This document shows positions 47,871 through 60,850 of a stretch of DNA of 64,000 nucleotides, in pieces (the stretch's first letter is position 1; the number at the start of each line of letters is the position of its first letter). The notes beneath the pieces were generated by a model. The model saw only the letters and a program-made list of their open reading frames with translations. It searched no databases and was not told where the DNA came from. The position numbers and the translations under genes are program-made. Source of the stretch: Zootoca vivipara (Eukaryota). The DNA lies in the NCBI RefSeq assembly GCF_963506605.1, contig NC_083288.1, forward strand, positions 43,028,001-43,092,000, written 5' to 3'.

Positions 47871-48889
47871 ACACTTAGCCTTGGATAATTTAGTTTATTT
47901 ATATATTGAATTGAAATGCAGCAAGTAGCATATTCTAATAGTGATGCAGCATGCAACTCTTAATCCTAGGATCTTGACGCAGAACTACCAGCACATCTTG
48001 GCCTTGTTATTTGCTATAAACGAGATCAATGAAAACCCCTTGATTTTACCAAATGTCACATTAGGCTTGAACATCTTCAATAGCCAATTCAGTGCAAGCT
48101 GGACCTACCTTGCCTCACTGGAGCTGCTCTCCACACGAGACAGGTCAGTCCCAAACTATAAATGTGATGGTCAGGACAATACGATAGCAGTCATTGGTGG
48201 ACCTGAGGCTGAGATAGGTTTCCACATGGCAACCATCCTGAGCAACTACAAGATCCCCCAGGTAAGATGTGGCTTTTAGTTATGGCTCTGTAAAACTGAG
48301 CTGGTTAGCTTTGCTGGTTAGAGTGTGATGTCACAGGTTCAATCCCATTAGGAGCCAACTGAATCTTAGGGGAAGGATGCTAGCTTAGTATCTGTTTTCA
48401 GGCAGAAGGTTTCAGCCATATCCAGGTAGGGACGGAAAAGGACTTATGCCTGGAACCCTGGAGAGCTGCTGCCATCAGTGTAGACAATACTGTGTTAAAT
48501 TATTGGGCACTGAGTTGTAAAGGTGCTGACCTTTAAAGCCCTAAACGGCCTCGGCCCTGTATACCTGAAGGAGCACCTCCACCCCCATCGTTCAGCCCGA
48601 ACACTGAGATCCAGCGCCAAGGGCCTTCTGGCGGTTCCCTCACTGCAAGAAGCAAAGCTACAGGGAACCAGGCAGAGGGCCTTCTCGGTAGTGGCACCCA
48701 CCCTGTGGAACACCTTCCCATCAGAGGTCAGAGAGATAAACAACTTCCTGACATTTAGAAAATACCTAAAGGCAGCCCTGTTTAGGGAAGTTTTTAATCT
48801 GTGATATTTTAATGTGTGTTGGAAGCCACCCAGAGTGGCGGGGGGGGGGGACCCGGCCAGATGGGTGGGGTATAAACAATAAACAATAA

Positions 48890-48927
<38 letters not shown>

Positions 48928-51900
48928 CATCATCATCATTATTAAATTCCAAGCAAGCAGCTCTGGTTTTACCTGTACTGTCATTTAACGTGGATAGTAA
49001 GTTTGCTGTACCTTCATTAATTCTCTGTTGTCCATATCACGTTCTCCTCCAAATCACTGCCTTCCCACAGTTTCCCTTCCCTACATTTATATTTTCTCAT
49101 GCCCTCTCCTTTTGGAGTATCCCTTGTGTGAGAAAATATGGACTAAAGGAGGGGAATGTGTTGCAAGGAGAAAGTTATATGGACAGCAGAGGTTTATTGG
49201 AGGTACAGGAAGTTTGCTATCCACAATTAACGACAGTATGGATGAGCCCTCGGTGGTGTTAGGAAATTATTTTGACTTTGTGTCTGTGGAAAGCTGGCTG
49301 AAGAAGTTCCATGATGATATAGGATTCAATCCCCTTGGGTCTGTCCCATCTCATCATGCAGACCTTGAATGCAAGTATTCTCAGAATCTCCCACTGTAAA
49401 CTTGTAAGAGCCACACGGAGATTTTATGAAAGGCAGCACAGAAATGTTTTAAGATAAATAAAATAGTCAATCAACACCTGGTGAGCACTAATTTGGGGAT
49501 GACTATTCCATGGAGTAAAAAACATATTTGCCAAAACTGTAGTTTTGGGATCTCATCACAATAAGAGAGATGAAGAAACATTTGAATTCTCCTCGTTACA
49601 CAAGTTGTTATTAACCCAAAGAAAATACAGCCACGTTCCTTGCTGTGGCCATCAAAACAAGGGGACAATTACTAAAGGCAATATGAGTGCTGATTCAAAA
49701 TAGTATGCACTTCTTAACTATGATTGTTCATGGATTTTGTTATAATCCCATTTTTAAAGGCACAATTTGTGTGGTTGTATCTTATATTTTTTTTCTCTGC
49801 TGTGTTCATTGAAATGTGGATTGGAGCTTTGTTGACGTGTGGGGACGAACATTGCATTACTGTTTGGCAATTTTATGGGTTAATATGCAGCCACAGAGAA
49901 ACTTTAGTTTGGAAATAGGCCTGTCATCTTTCCCACCCTCTGTTATTTTCTATAGTTCACATACGGTTCTGCTCCTGCAATAAATGACCATATTCAAGGA
50001 GCTTTCTTTCACTGGATGTTTCCAGACGGGTCCTATCAATATCGGGGCATTCTCCAGTTACTGCAGCATTTTCAATGGACATGGGTTGGAGTGCTTTTTC
50101 AGGATGATGACAATGGAAATAAGTTTGTACAAAATGTGCTTCCCGTGTTTTCACAGAGTGGTATATGCTTTGACTTTATAGAAAGATTCCCAGCACTGCC
50201 TTTTTACTGTGATTTTTCTCAATTGGTAGAGGAAACAGTTGTAATACATAAGGTCATCATGGGAGCAACAGCCAATGTATTGGTCTTACATGGTGAAATC
50301 CAGGGCATGATGACTTTGAGGATGTTGCTCCAGTTTTCAGAATATGATGATCTGCCAACAAAGACCAAAGTCTGGATCATGACAGCCCCGGTGGATTTCA
50401 CATCAGTCAGCATTCAAAGACTGTGGAAAATAGACTTCCTCCATGGTGCTATGTCCTTTGCAGTTCACTCAAACGAGGTGTTGGGCTTCCAGAAATTTAT
50501 TCAAAACCAGAGCCCTACCTCAAGAAAGCAAGATGGATTTATCCAAGTCTTCTGGGAGCAGACATTTAGCTGTTGGTTCCCTGACTCAAGGACGGATAAG
50601 CCGATTGAGAAGAATTGCAGTGGGGAGGAGCAGCTGGAAACTCTTCCTGCATCTGTTTTTGAAATGGGCATGACTGTCCACAGCTACGGTATCTACAATG
50701 CTGCCTATGCTCTGGCTCACGCTTTCCATGCCATGCAGTTATCCAAATTTAAACATAGAAGACAAGGAAAGCAAAAACTTCTGAATCAACAGCTGTGGCA
50801 GGTAACATAATGGGCAGATGAATGCAAAAGAGCTTGTAGTGTTTGTGGGTTCATGGACAGTCAAAGCCAAAGTAGTGCTCTGAAGGTGTGGGTGAAATCT
50901 AGCTTCCATCAGCCCCAGCCAACATGTCCAATAATCAGGGGTGATTTGTTAGAGTCCAACACCATCTGGCGGGGCACAACATTGGTTGCCTTTGTCTTGT
51001 AATGTTGTCTACTCAAATGTACTTTTGTCATGAGATCCCTTTCTCATCAGTTTATCGGCATTCCTCTCCACAATTAAGAAGACAGTGATGATCTTGGTTG
51101 TTTTGGTTTTCATCCCTAATCAGTATATGCTAATGTTATAAAACTCACGATTCTGGGAAGATTGCAACATTGCACTATGTTGATTGTTCTGTCTTGCCAA
51201 ATGGGACGACCATCCATCTCCTTTCCCCTTGCACTGCTCTGAGGGTTCTCCTACCCTCTAGGGCTAATTTGGGGACATGGAGGAGGAAAGCCCTCTTATG
51301 CTGGCAAAAGTCCTTGTGTCAGCTTCTGATGTGGGGACTCATTAGTTGAATCCCACCCATTATATATTGGTAAGAGATATAACACCATATGATTGATTAA
51401 TGGATATGTATTGCTTGAAGGGAACCACACTGTTCTTACAACTCACTAAGAACGATCTCAGTGGTAGAGCATCTGCTGGCGAAGATTTATGGTCCAATGC
51501 CCAGCGTCTCCAGGTACGGTTGGGAGAAACCCAAATCTGAAACTTTGGAAAGCCATTGCCAGTCAGTGTAAAAAATGCTGAACTAGGTGGAGCAATTGTC
51601 TGACACAGGCAGCTTCCTGTGTTCTTATGTGCTCTGCTCCCGATCCTCCATTCATTTCTATATTGCCTCTTTTGGATGAGAGAAAGAATTCTGTGCATCT
51701 TTACTAAGACTCTGGATTTATTGTTTGATTTTTTTTTTTTAGAACTCTCTCTGTGTGTTTAAGTATAGAAGCCAACTTTTTTAGGATAGCTGTGCCATGT
51801 TTTATCCTTCAAAGCCATTTTTTTCATGCTATGGTAGCCCTTTAATTAAAAAAAATGGAACCCCACCACTTCAAAGATCAAATTGTTCTTCAATCTAGTG

Positions 51901-53747
51901 TGCTAAAGGGTGTGCAGGTGTGTAGGTTATGCCATTGTTGTATGAATATATTGGAACTGAGTATGTAACTATTACTACGGTACTAGCAGTAGCCTACATA
52001 TAACTTTTAAATAAATCAGAAATAAATGTATTCTCTCTAATTTTGTTCCCTGCTCCCATGGCAGCCATTTTGTGACTGGCACTCAAAATTAGAAATGTTT
52101 GCTAGTCCAAAAAATGTTGGTTGAGAAAAGTTGCTGAGTTGAATTATGCACCCTTTAAAAAACCTAATATATTGCATAAGCAAACCTAAAAGTGTAAGCC
52201 TGAGCATTATCTTGTTATGGCAAAAAAAGGGCTTCTCCTTTCAAGAAACCTGTTTGGTATTCTGCCTACTCTATTTATTTTCTTTAAGAAGTAAGCCTAG
52301 TTGGAAAAGCTATTTCCCACATTCTGCTCTGCTAAGGGTAGCGAATGTAGTGCCCTTGAACTTCAACTTCCGTTGGCCCCTGTCAGTATGACAGTATTCA
52401 TGAATAATGGGAGTAGTAGTCATCAACATCTGGAAAGCACCTTGGCTACCTCTGTATTATACCATTGGAATATAGTTAGTAATTTATTTTCAGTAACAAT
52501 AGTAGCTGAAAAGGAGCTGGTGCTAGCTCCAACTCTTCCATATATTCTACACCAGGCATCCCCAAACTGCGGCCCTCCAGATGTTTTGGCCTACAACTCC
52601 CATGATCCCTAGCTAACAGGACCAGTGGTCAGGGAAAATGGGAATTGTAGTCCAAAACATCTGGAGAGCCAAAGTTTGGGGATGCCTGTTCTACACAAAG
52701 ATATGTGTTGGAAGCTTTCTGGCAGTATACGCATATAGATTCATTTTTAAAAGTGTTAGGTACTATCTAAATTAGAACTTATGGAAACTTTCCTTAAGTA
52801 TTTCCAGAATGACATTTTCAAAATATTGTTATATCACCAGTGCCAGGGACATAAGTGGCCTGTTGGGTGGGGTGGAGCTACTACTCTAGCTTCCCAGCAA
52901 ATAGCTCACTGCTGCTTACCATGTGGGAGGGTGGGGAGATTGGTGTGGTTCAAACACATCAGCAGGAACAGTTTGTACCCTAATGACCTCTCTGCTGTCT
53001 TCTCTCCCTGCCTACATCCTGCAACAGTGTCTTCACCTGCCAGGAAGCAGGTTCTGTTCCAGCTGATGAGTCAATTCCAGGTTAGGTAGATTTGAACAGA
53101 ACTGAAGTTTATCCACTACCAATTGGTAGGCTATCAGGTGATCATAGGTACTTATTTGACATGCCATCTAAGGAGCAGACAGGACTAAAATATGTGGTGC
53201 AAGAGCACAATCGTATAGTGAAATATATTTTATGTATTTAGTTTTTTTAATCATAGAACATCATGAAGTTGAGTATTGTGTAATACTCTTTTTCTTTTCT
53301 TTTCTTCTTTTTTAGCTCCACCACTTTCTGAAAGGTGTCTCGTTTAACAACAGCGCAGAGGAAACTGTGTCCTTCAACCAAAAAGGGGAATTAGTAGCGG
53401 GATTTGATGTTATAAATTGGATCACTTTCATAAATGAGTCTTTCCTTAGAGTGAAAGTGGGTAGAATAGACCCGAAGGCTCCCCCTGCCAAAGTCCTCAT
53501 TCTTCAAGATGATGACATTGTGTGGCCCAGGAGCTTTAATCAGGTAACGACTGTGCATATCTCAACTTCAAAATATGCTTCCAGTAATAGAGCCCAATTG
53601 CCAATTGCCTGCTAGATGCTTTCAAGTATTATACCATTACAGGAATGAGAAACTTATAAACCTCCAAATTCCTGGGGTGTTGGTAGTTGAAGTCCAGAAA
53701 CATCTGGACAATGATAGGTTCCCAATCCACAGCACCCACCTATTTTT

Positions 53748-53778
<31 letters not shown>

Positions 53779-56091
53779 TATCTTTGTAAACTTCATGCAA
53801 AGATCATTGGGAGGTTCACAACATGAAAAATACAAAACGAAAAGTCAAAAGGCATAATAAAACAAAGCACAAGCAAAACAAGCCATTAACCCCACTAACC
53901 ACTATCATTTAAAAGTCCAAACAAAATTTAAAAATTCCTTCCAGTAGCACCTTAGAGACCAACTAAGTTTGTCATTGGTATGAGCTTTCGTGTGCATGCA
54001 CACTTCTTCAGATACACAGCTGCTGGCAAAGTGGTGCGGCTCCCCCCAAAAAGCAGCCCTGGAGCGTGGGGCAACAGCACCAATCCTGTCCAGGGCTCCC
54101 AAGCCACCAAATTTTAAAGGTGTGGCTTATTTGCAGGTGTGGCTTATATTTGGGCCAGTACGGTGCTTCTATTTTCAGAATCCAAAGATGATTTCAATGA
54201 TTTCTTGGGAAGTGGTTTAAATATTGCAATTCAAACCCCATAGAAGTATTGGATTATAAATTATTCTCTCCTCTTTTATGGACAGACATGGCCGCTTTCT
54301 TTGTGTAATGACAAGTGTCATTCAGGTTACAGAAGAAAAAAGAAGGAAGGGAAACAATTTTGCTGCTATGATTGTATTCCATGCCCGGAAGGGAAGATCT
54401 CAAACAAGAAGGGTAAGATTAGTTGTGTATAAAGCTTTTGAACTTTATTGACAGTGATCCTACATGTGCGTATTGCACATCATGCTATACCGTAACTTTC
54501 TCAGAGCTGGTGTCCTCAAGAGATTTTGTACTGCAACTTCTTTCAGTCACCTCTTAGTCTCCTAGCTCTCATCCAGGCCACCTCCCATTAACCCTGCCTT
54601 TCACCCAGGGTCCAAACAAACTCAGATATAATCCCCAGAGTTTCACAGTGACAGGCAACAAGGTTAATGGAGCTTCCTCAGAACGCCCACATCTGAATCC
54701 CATTCAGCTTCTCTGCACACACCCTCTTTCAAATTATAGCAAATTTAGATTAGCAGGGTTCCCAGGGGGTTGAACAGATGGCAAACCGGACACCCCTCAA
54801 CTCATATTGCCCTTGTAATTTCCTGTTCTTTGTCAGGCTAGATGCAGAGCTACCTACACACCCATACCTAATCAACAAGATGGGGAACAGGAACTACACA
54901 TTCCAACCAAATGGCCCATGTTAGAATGCCCAGTTAGTGATAGTGAGCGGAAAACATATTTCTTCAGTTATGGGATTCTGTTTCCTATAGTCACTGTGGT
55001 CTAAAACGTCAGTTTTCTCCTGGGCCATCAATATGGCTTCTTTGAAATACAACTGAATGTGAATGACTCAATAACATATTCCAGATGTTAACCAGGGAAC
55101 AATAATTCAGGGCTTTCAAATAAGAATCCTTGATTATGCTTGTTTAAGAATTGTACAATATACAAGGCTGTAGAGAAATGTTTTTTCAGATATGGATGAC
55201 TGCATACTGTGCCATGGTGGACAATACCCAAATAATGACCGGGATCTATGCCTTCCAAAAGATATAAGCTTCTTGTCTTTCGAAGAACCGTTAGGGATGA
55301 GCACCTCCATTTTTGCTCTTATCTTTTCTTCCATCACAGTCTCGGTGCTTGGAATTTTCATAAAGCACAAAGACACTCCTATAGTCAAAGCCAACAACAT
55401 AGACCTCACTTACACCCTGCTCATCTCTCTCCTATTCTCCTTCCTTTGTGTATTCCTATTCATTGGCCAGCCAGAGAAGTTGACGTGTCTCCTTCGACAA
55501 CCTGCTTTTGGCATAATCTTCTCCATGGCTGTTTCTTGTATTTTGGCCAAAACCATCACTGTGGTGTTGGCTTTCATGGCCGCAAAGCCAGGATCCAGTA
55601 TGAGGAAATGGGTGGGGAAAGGATTGGCCATTGCCATTGTTCTGTGCTGCTTCACGATTCAAGCCACTATCTGCACTGTGTGGCTGGCAACTTCTCCTCC
55701 ATTTCCAGATTCAGACATGCACTCAATGGCTAAAGAAATTATACTGGAATGTAATGAAGGCTCAGCCACCATGTTTTACTATGTTCTTGGTTTTATGGGT
55801 TTACTTGCCTTCGTCAGCTTTACAGTGGCTTTCCTAGCCAAGAAGTTACCCGACAGTTTTAATGAAGCCAAGTTCATCACCTTTAGTATGTTGGTCTTCT
55901 GCAGTGTTTGGTTGTCCTTTGTTCCAACTTACTTGAGCACGAAAGGAAAATACATGGTGGCTGTGGAGATCTTTTCCATCTTGGCCTCTAGTGCTGGTTT
56001 ACTGGGTTGCATCTTTTCCCCCAAATGCTACATCATAGTCGTGAGGCCTGATCTGAACAACAAGGCACAGCTCATTAGAAGAAAGCATTAA
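45970..56091 (+). CDS. V2R gene 5, ~869 aa, 6 exons
   Basis: Exons 45970-46184, 47970-48261, 49956-50801, 53316-53543, 54286-54412, 55190-56091. Signal peptide, VFT, Cys-rich and 7TM motifs; open frame. Confidence 0.92.
46400..47525 (+). mobile_element. L1-clade LINE 3' fragment, interrupted by (TA)n
   Basis: [13 protein letters not shown]....[11 protein letters not shown]-terminal zinc motif, T-rich 3' UTR, AATAAA and A-rich end. Confidence 0.8.
47831..47867. repeat. (CA)n microsatellite
   Basis: Direct reading. Confidence 0.9.
48520..48940 (+). mobile_element. L2 3' fragment
   Basis: [28 protein letters not shown]; (TTA)n tail. Confidence 0.87.
51455..51630 (+). mobile_element. Degraded tRNA-derived SINE
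   Basis: CTCAGTGGTAGAGCA head, GCAGCTTCCTGTGTTCTTATG tail; a related piece lies at ~48375-48495. Confidence 0.55.
52553..52688. mobile_element. hAT MITE
   Basis: TIR CAGGCATCCCCAAACT and perfect 8-bp TSD TTCTACAC. Confidence 0.92.
53905..54020 (-). mobile_element. Penelope-like element terminal fragment
   Basis: - strand GTTGGTCTCTAAGGTGCTACTGG, a typical reptile Penelope end, plus a hammerhead motif. Confidence 0.75.
53978..54015 (-). ncRNA. Minimal type I hammerhead ribozyme (Penelope-associated)
   Basis: GUAU-CUGAAGA-A-GUGUG-CAUG-CACAC-GAAA-GC-UC-AUAC: CUGANGA and GAAA boxes, stem II, stem I GUAU/AUAC. Confidence 0.72.
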
Positions 56092-56856
56092 GGAACATAA
56101 AGGTCTGTGATCCTCAAAAAGATAAAGTTATCTGTGACTATGTTGTTCCCCATATTGTTGGGGAGCGGTCCCCTAACCCCTATGAATAATGGGGCATTTG
56201 GTAATGGTTATATTAGTTACATTTCTTGGTAGAGAATTGGCATGATCTAGCCACACCTCCTCTTAATCTGGCATTTCAAGATTGCAAAACTCTGCCCATC
56301 CTCCCCCCCAGCTGTGCAAATAGGGTTGTTGTTGTTGTTGTCATTCCTAAATTTGCCACTGGAAGGGAGATTGTTCACATATTCTGAAGCATCATAGTGG
56401 TGAATGCAGAATAAGCCAAACCGAAGTCTCAATGAGGTGAAGCAGAACAGGGAGTCTCAATGGCTGTTAAGTTTAACGGTTGAAGATTTTATGACACTGA
56501 CAGGACCCCTCTGTACACTGTACATGAGAGCAAACATGGTGCACATAGTTAATGTTAAGCACTTTATGTATTGAACTTAAACACACCCATCCCTTTAGAT
56601 GTTAATCTATACAGTACTGCTTTACCCATTTCAAATACTGACTGTATTTGAAGGCTGTTCTGCTTATTCATCTGAGTGGGGGCCTGCCAGCACCACTGAT
56701 GTCACTGATTTGATGCATGAAGTCACAGGTGAGGTCACCAACACATTAGTAACAGGAGATATTAGCATGAGTTTGGGTGATTGACTTCAGCTAGTTAAGC
56801 ATGTTACAGATGTAAATTAATAAATATTATGGCCCATAGTTCAACCCATTCATTGT

Positions 56857-56984
56857 NNNNNNNNNNNNNNNNNNNNNNNNNNNNNNNNNNNNNNNNNNNN
56901 NNNNNNNNNNNNNNNNNNNNNNNNNNNNNNNNNNNNNNNNNNNNNNNNNNNNNNNNNNNNNNNNNNNNNNNNNNNNNNNNNNNN
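56857..56984. other. Assembly gap (N run)
   Basis: 128 N characters. Confidence 0.99.
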
Positions 56985-57043
56985 TAAAACTAGACTCTAC
57001 AGAGATAGAGTGGGAGATCCCATTGTAAATGTTGGGAGTTCAT

Positions 57044-58043
57044 TATTGCGTGTGGAGACCCTTTAATCCAGGCCTAGAAATAAATACAGACATGACTCGT
57101 GTTTTGGTTTGGTTTTTGGCAGAATTTAGGCCACAACTTTATTGATTACAAATCAAGTGAGTGGTTGCAATTCAATTCAAACCTTTATTGTGTTAGCATA
57201 CAGCCATAGCAAAATAAAACAATACAAAAATGCCAGAGACAAGCAACAAAGCATAATTCAAGGCGATATTGCTGGCGTAATAACATTTAAATTACCCTAA
57301 GACAATAATGCAAAGATTTAGATGTCAGCGCCAAAAATCTAATATGCGGATAATATGAGTGGTTGCATAGGCTCTGGTTCCAAAAGCTACCTAGGTAGCA
57401 CTGACTCAGGGCACACCATGAGTCCGCAGCCAGGTGCACATCTGGGATGGGGTTACCTGACTGGCGTGTGCCAGCCAGGGCCTGATTCCCCCACATGTGC
57501 CCAGAACACTGGATAGGGCATCCCCTGGGGGAATACCAACCATTGGCCCAATGGATTCCTTTAAGAGGAATACCTGTTTTTCGATAGGGTGGTAAGGGAT
57601 CATTCCACCCCTATCAGCATGAACCAGAGCCTATCCGCAACCGTACAAGTTGTGACAATTTGCTATGTGGCAGGCGAAACCCAAGTGGCACAGCCAATCA
57701 GCCAAGTGGGGGAAATTCCTGCCATGCCCCTGCACCAACGGTAGATGACACACGACGGCACAGCAAGGTCAAGCGAAGCCCTAAAATTAGGGAGAGGTGG
57801 GCAGGTGTTTTGGTGCACAGTGCTGGAGAAGAAGATCTCGACAGTCACGTGCAACGATTAAATAGTGGTCCATCTGAATCTTTGATTGACAGGCCCTCAG
57901 CCCAATTGCACCCCTTCAGATGGACCACCAATAGGGTGTTGTGGCTGCTCCAATTGTCCCCGCCCCAACACAGACCTGGTTGCCAGGACCCACTGCAACA
58001 CGTGCCCTCTCTTGCAGGGAGGACCCAATTTATTAAGCATAAC
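57044..58043 (-). mobile_element. Solo-LTR-like element with a nested insertion
   Basis: Colinear with 36241-37052 (AATAAAGTTGTGGCC, hairpin, GCATAACT end). Confidence 0.72.
57170..57355 (-). mobile_element. Short 3' end of a non-LTR element nested in the LTR
   Basis: 12-bp TSD TGAGTGGTTGCA; - strand AATAAA then (TTGAA)n tail; the 36241 copy has the empty site. Confidence 0.8.
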
Positions 58044-58142
58044 TTGTTCCATGGTTTTAAGTGAATTGAGCCATGCCTGACTTGTGCCTAACCGAAGCTT
58101 GCTTTACGGTGTTGATTTATCAAATGCCATGAAACAGTGGAC

Positions 58143-59326
58143 CAAGGGCGTACCCACCATACGGCAAGTTAGGGCAGCTGCCCTACTCTAGAAGCAGGGC
58201 TGGTGGGCAGAGGCAGAGCACAGCCCGGCGGAGCGCGAGTTCGCCATTCCCGCCGCGCCGCGCCGCACCCTCCCTCCAGCTCCCCGGCGCGCCCTCAGGC
58301 AAGGCCAAGCGCGGCGGGGAACCAGGGAGCGGGGAACCCACGCTCCTCCTCGCACAGCCTACAGCGTCAGGAGCGCTGCCAAAAGGCTTCCTCCCTGCAA
58401 CAAGGCGCTGCGGATTTGAGTTCCGCTCTCAGAGCCCGCGCCTCCTTTGCAGCAACGCGGTGAGAGGGCTTCTCCCATCCCACCCACTTCCTTCTCCCCA
58501 CCCCCCACAAATACGGTACTGGGCACCCGCCCCCCTCTCGAAAGCTGCTCGATCATTGCCTGTGCCTGCCTGCAGTGCCTTCATTTCAAGCGGGCTCAGG
58601 GTTTGCAAGGCGACGGTTGTGTGCACAGCGCGCACGGATTCGGAATCGGCCTCGATGAACGCGGCGGGGCTGACTCAACAGATGCACTGCAGGGATGCGC
58701 AGGTTCTCCAGCGAGACTGGCGGGATTTCCACCGCCCCCTCCATTATCTCTACGCAGACCTTTTCCTGCCTCCTTCCCCCAAAGCCCCGTATTCCCTTTC
58801 CTCCCGGTAGACATCCCCGCTTTTTGCAACGCGGTTGTCAGACCCAAAGCAAAATAATTAAGACGCCGTCGGCAGAACCGCGGCTATCTTTTTGTGAGAC
58901 ATCAATTAGGGATAAAGGGGCAGGTTTGTTCCAAGGGATGCTGCGGTGCGACAATACTTCAATACTTCGATACGTGTCTTGTTACGTAGTAAGAGGTAAC
59001 CCGTTTGCGATCAGGCTGGCCGCCACACAACCTCCCGCAGCCCATATAATCCTAGCAGAGACCGTTTTCCCAACGGAGTTGCTATATACAGTATATATAT
59101 GCTGTGCTCTGTCTTTACTCGTCTTGCATTAACATATGTCCTTCTCTACCACACACATCTATTGCAATCCGCAAACCTTAAGCCACCAGCAGATACGCTC
59201 ATCAAATGTTCTATTTTAAGAACATTTTAAAAGCATCTGTTCCCGCCCACTTTGTGGCCCCTCCCCTTCCGTGCCTTGGCCCCTCCCCTTGCCCCCCCCC
59301 TAGTTTTGATCCTGGGTACGCCCATG
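58143..59326. mobile_element. 1184-bp non-autonomous hAT element with CpG-island-like interior
   Basis: 14-bp TIR CA(A/T)GGGCGTACCCA and perfect 8-bp TSD CAGTGGAC (58135-58142 / 59327-59334); no transposase ORF. Confidence 0.9.
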
Positions 59327-60083
59327 CAGTGGACTGAAGCTAGGAGAGAACACAACTTAACACAGCAGAGTTACATTCATGTCTTATCACCAAAATAAAA
59401 CCTATGGAACAAGGCTTCTTCTGTGACCATTTCTGTGGCCATTTCCCCAAACAAACCTATCAGTTCCATTACCCAGCTGATTTGCACATCTCAAATCTTT
59501 ATTACTTAGGCATGAAATCATACAGTATTACAAGTAGATTGCTGCACCACTCAAATATAACTTATAACAACAATAACTATAGATCAACACTAACAACAGA
59601 GTCAATTGTCTTCTGTATTGCAAATATTATTTGGGTATTAATCTCTGCCAGTAACTGAAGAAAACCTAAATTCAAGGTATGCTTTGTATGTTTTTGAGGA
59701 GGGGCTTTGGCCTCCTTAGGCCAAATATTTAAAACATTGATTGTATACTTTTACAAACTCTGGGGTAGCCTTGAGCATGATACCTCTCTCTTGTTTATCA
59801 GTGGCCCTGTTTTCATTACAGTCCTACTGGCCATCACAACTGAGTTTTGATAGCAGAAGTTCATAAAGTATGCAAGACTTCTTGCCACTTTTGAAAAGGG
59901 AGACCTTGCAAACTACTCCCTCTTTTTTGTTAGTATTCATTTTTGAACACATTACTTCCAGTTTGTTATTTCTTACTATGGGTCATTACAAACCAGCTGG
60001 GTCCCACTGCACATGTCCAAAGGAGACTTCTCTCCAGTTGTGTTAAATAATTTTTCTTCTGCAATATCTCACAGAACCAAACT

Positions 60084-60430
60084 GGTAAGGGACCCCTGAC
60101 TGTTAGGTCCAGTCGCGGACGACTCTGGGGTTGCAGTGCTCATCTCACTTTACTGGCTGAGGGAGCCGTTGTACAGCTTCTGGGTCATGTGGCCAGCATG
60201 ACTAAGCTGCTTCTGGCGAAACAGAGCAGTGCACGGAAATGCCGTTTACCTTCCCGCCGGAGTGGTACCTATTTATCTACTTGCACTTTGATGTGCTTTT
60301 GAAATGCTAGGTTGGCAGGAGCTGGGACCGAGCAACGGGAGCTCACCCCGTCGCGGGGATTCGAACCGCTGACTTTCTGATCGGCAAACCCTAGGTTCTG
60401 TGGTTTAGACCACAGTGCCACCCACATCCC
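60084..60430 (-). mobile_element. Sauria SINE (Squam1), near full length
   Basis: - strand head GGGATGTGGGTGGCACTGTGGTCTAAACC, B-box GGTTCGAATCC, AGTAGATAAATAGGTACC and GTCATGCTGGCCACATGAC core. Confidence 0.9.
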
Positions 60431-60449
60431 TAGTTTAAGTAAAATTGAT

Positions 60450-60850
60450 AAAATTGAACCCCGAGGAACTCCACATGGAAGGCTCCACAGGGCTGAAGAG
60501 TACTCCTCAAGCATCAGCCTATGGAAATGGCCCTCCAAGAAGGCTCAGAACAACTGCAAAGTGCTCCTAACTTGGACAGCTGGTCCAGAAGGATACCAAG
60601 GTCAATGTTATCAGAAGCTGCTAAGAGGTCAAGGGGTATTAACAGGGACACATTTTCCCTGTCTCTCTCTGGACAGAGGTCATCATGCAGGGCAACCAAA
60701 GCTGTTTCTGTGACAAAATAAGAGATTGATCTGGAAAGCCAGTTTCCTCCAAAGTCACCTGGATCTGGTCCATGACCACCAACTCAAGAACCTTGCCCAA
60801 GAAATGGAGATTGGCAACTGGCTGGTAGTTACTTAGATTTTCTGACTCCA
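60450..60850 (-). mobile_element. Old L2 RT fragment
   Basis: NYQPVANLHFLGKVLE, LDLLAASDNID, CGVPRGSILS. Confidence 0.75.

Noticed and set aside
58203-59132. Overlapping ORFs in the GC-rich block
   Set aside because: Expected from stop-codon scarcity at high GC; no recognisable protein and bounded by transposon TIRs.
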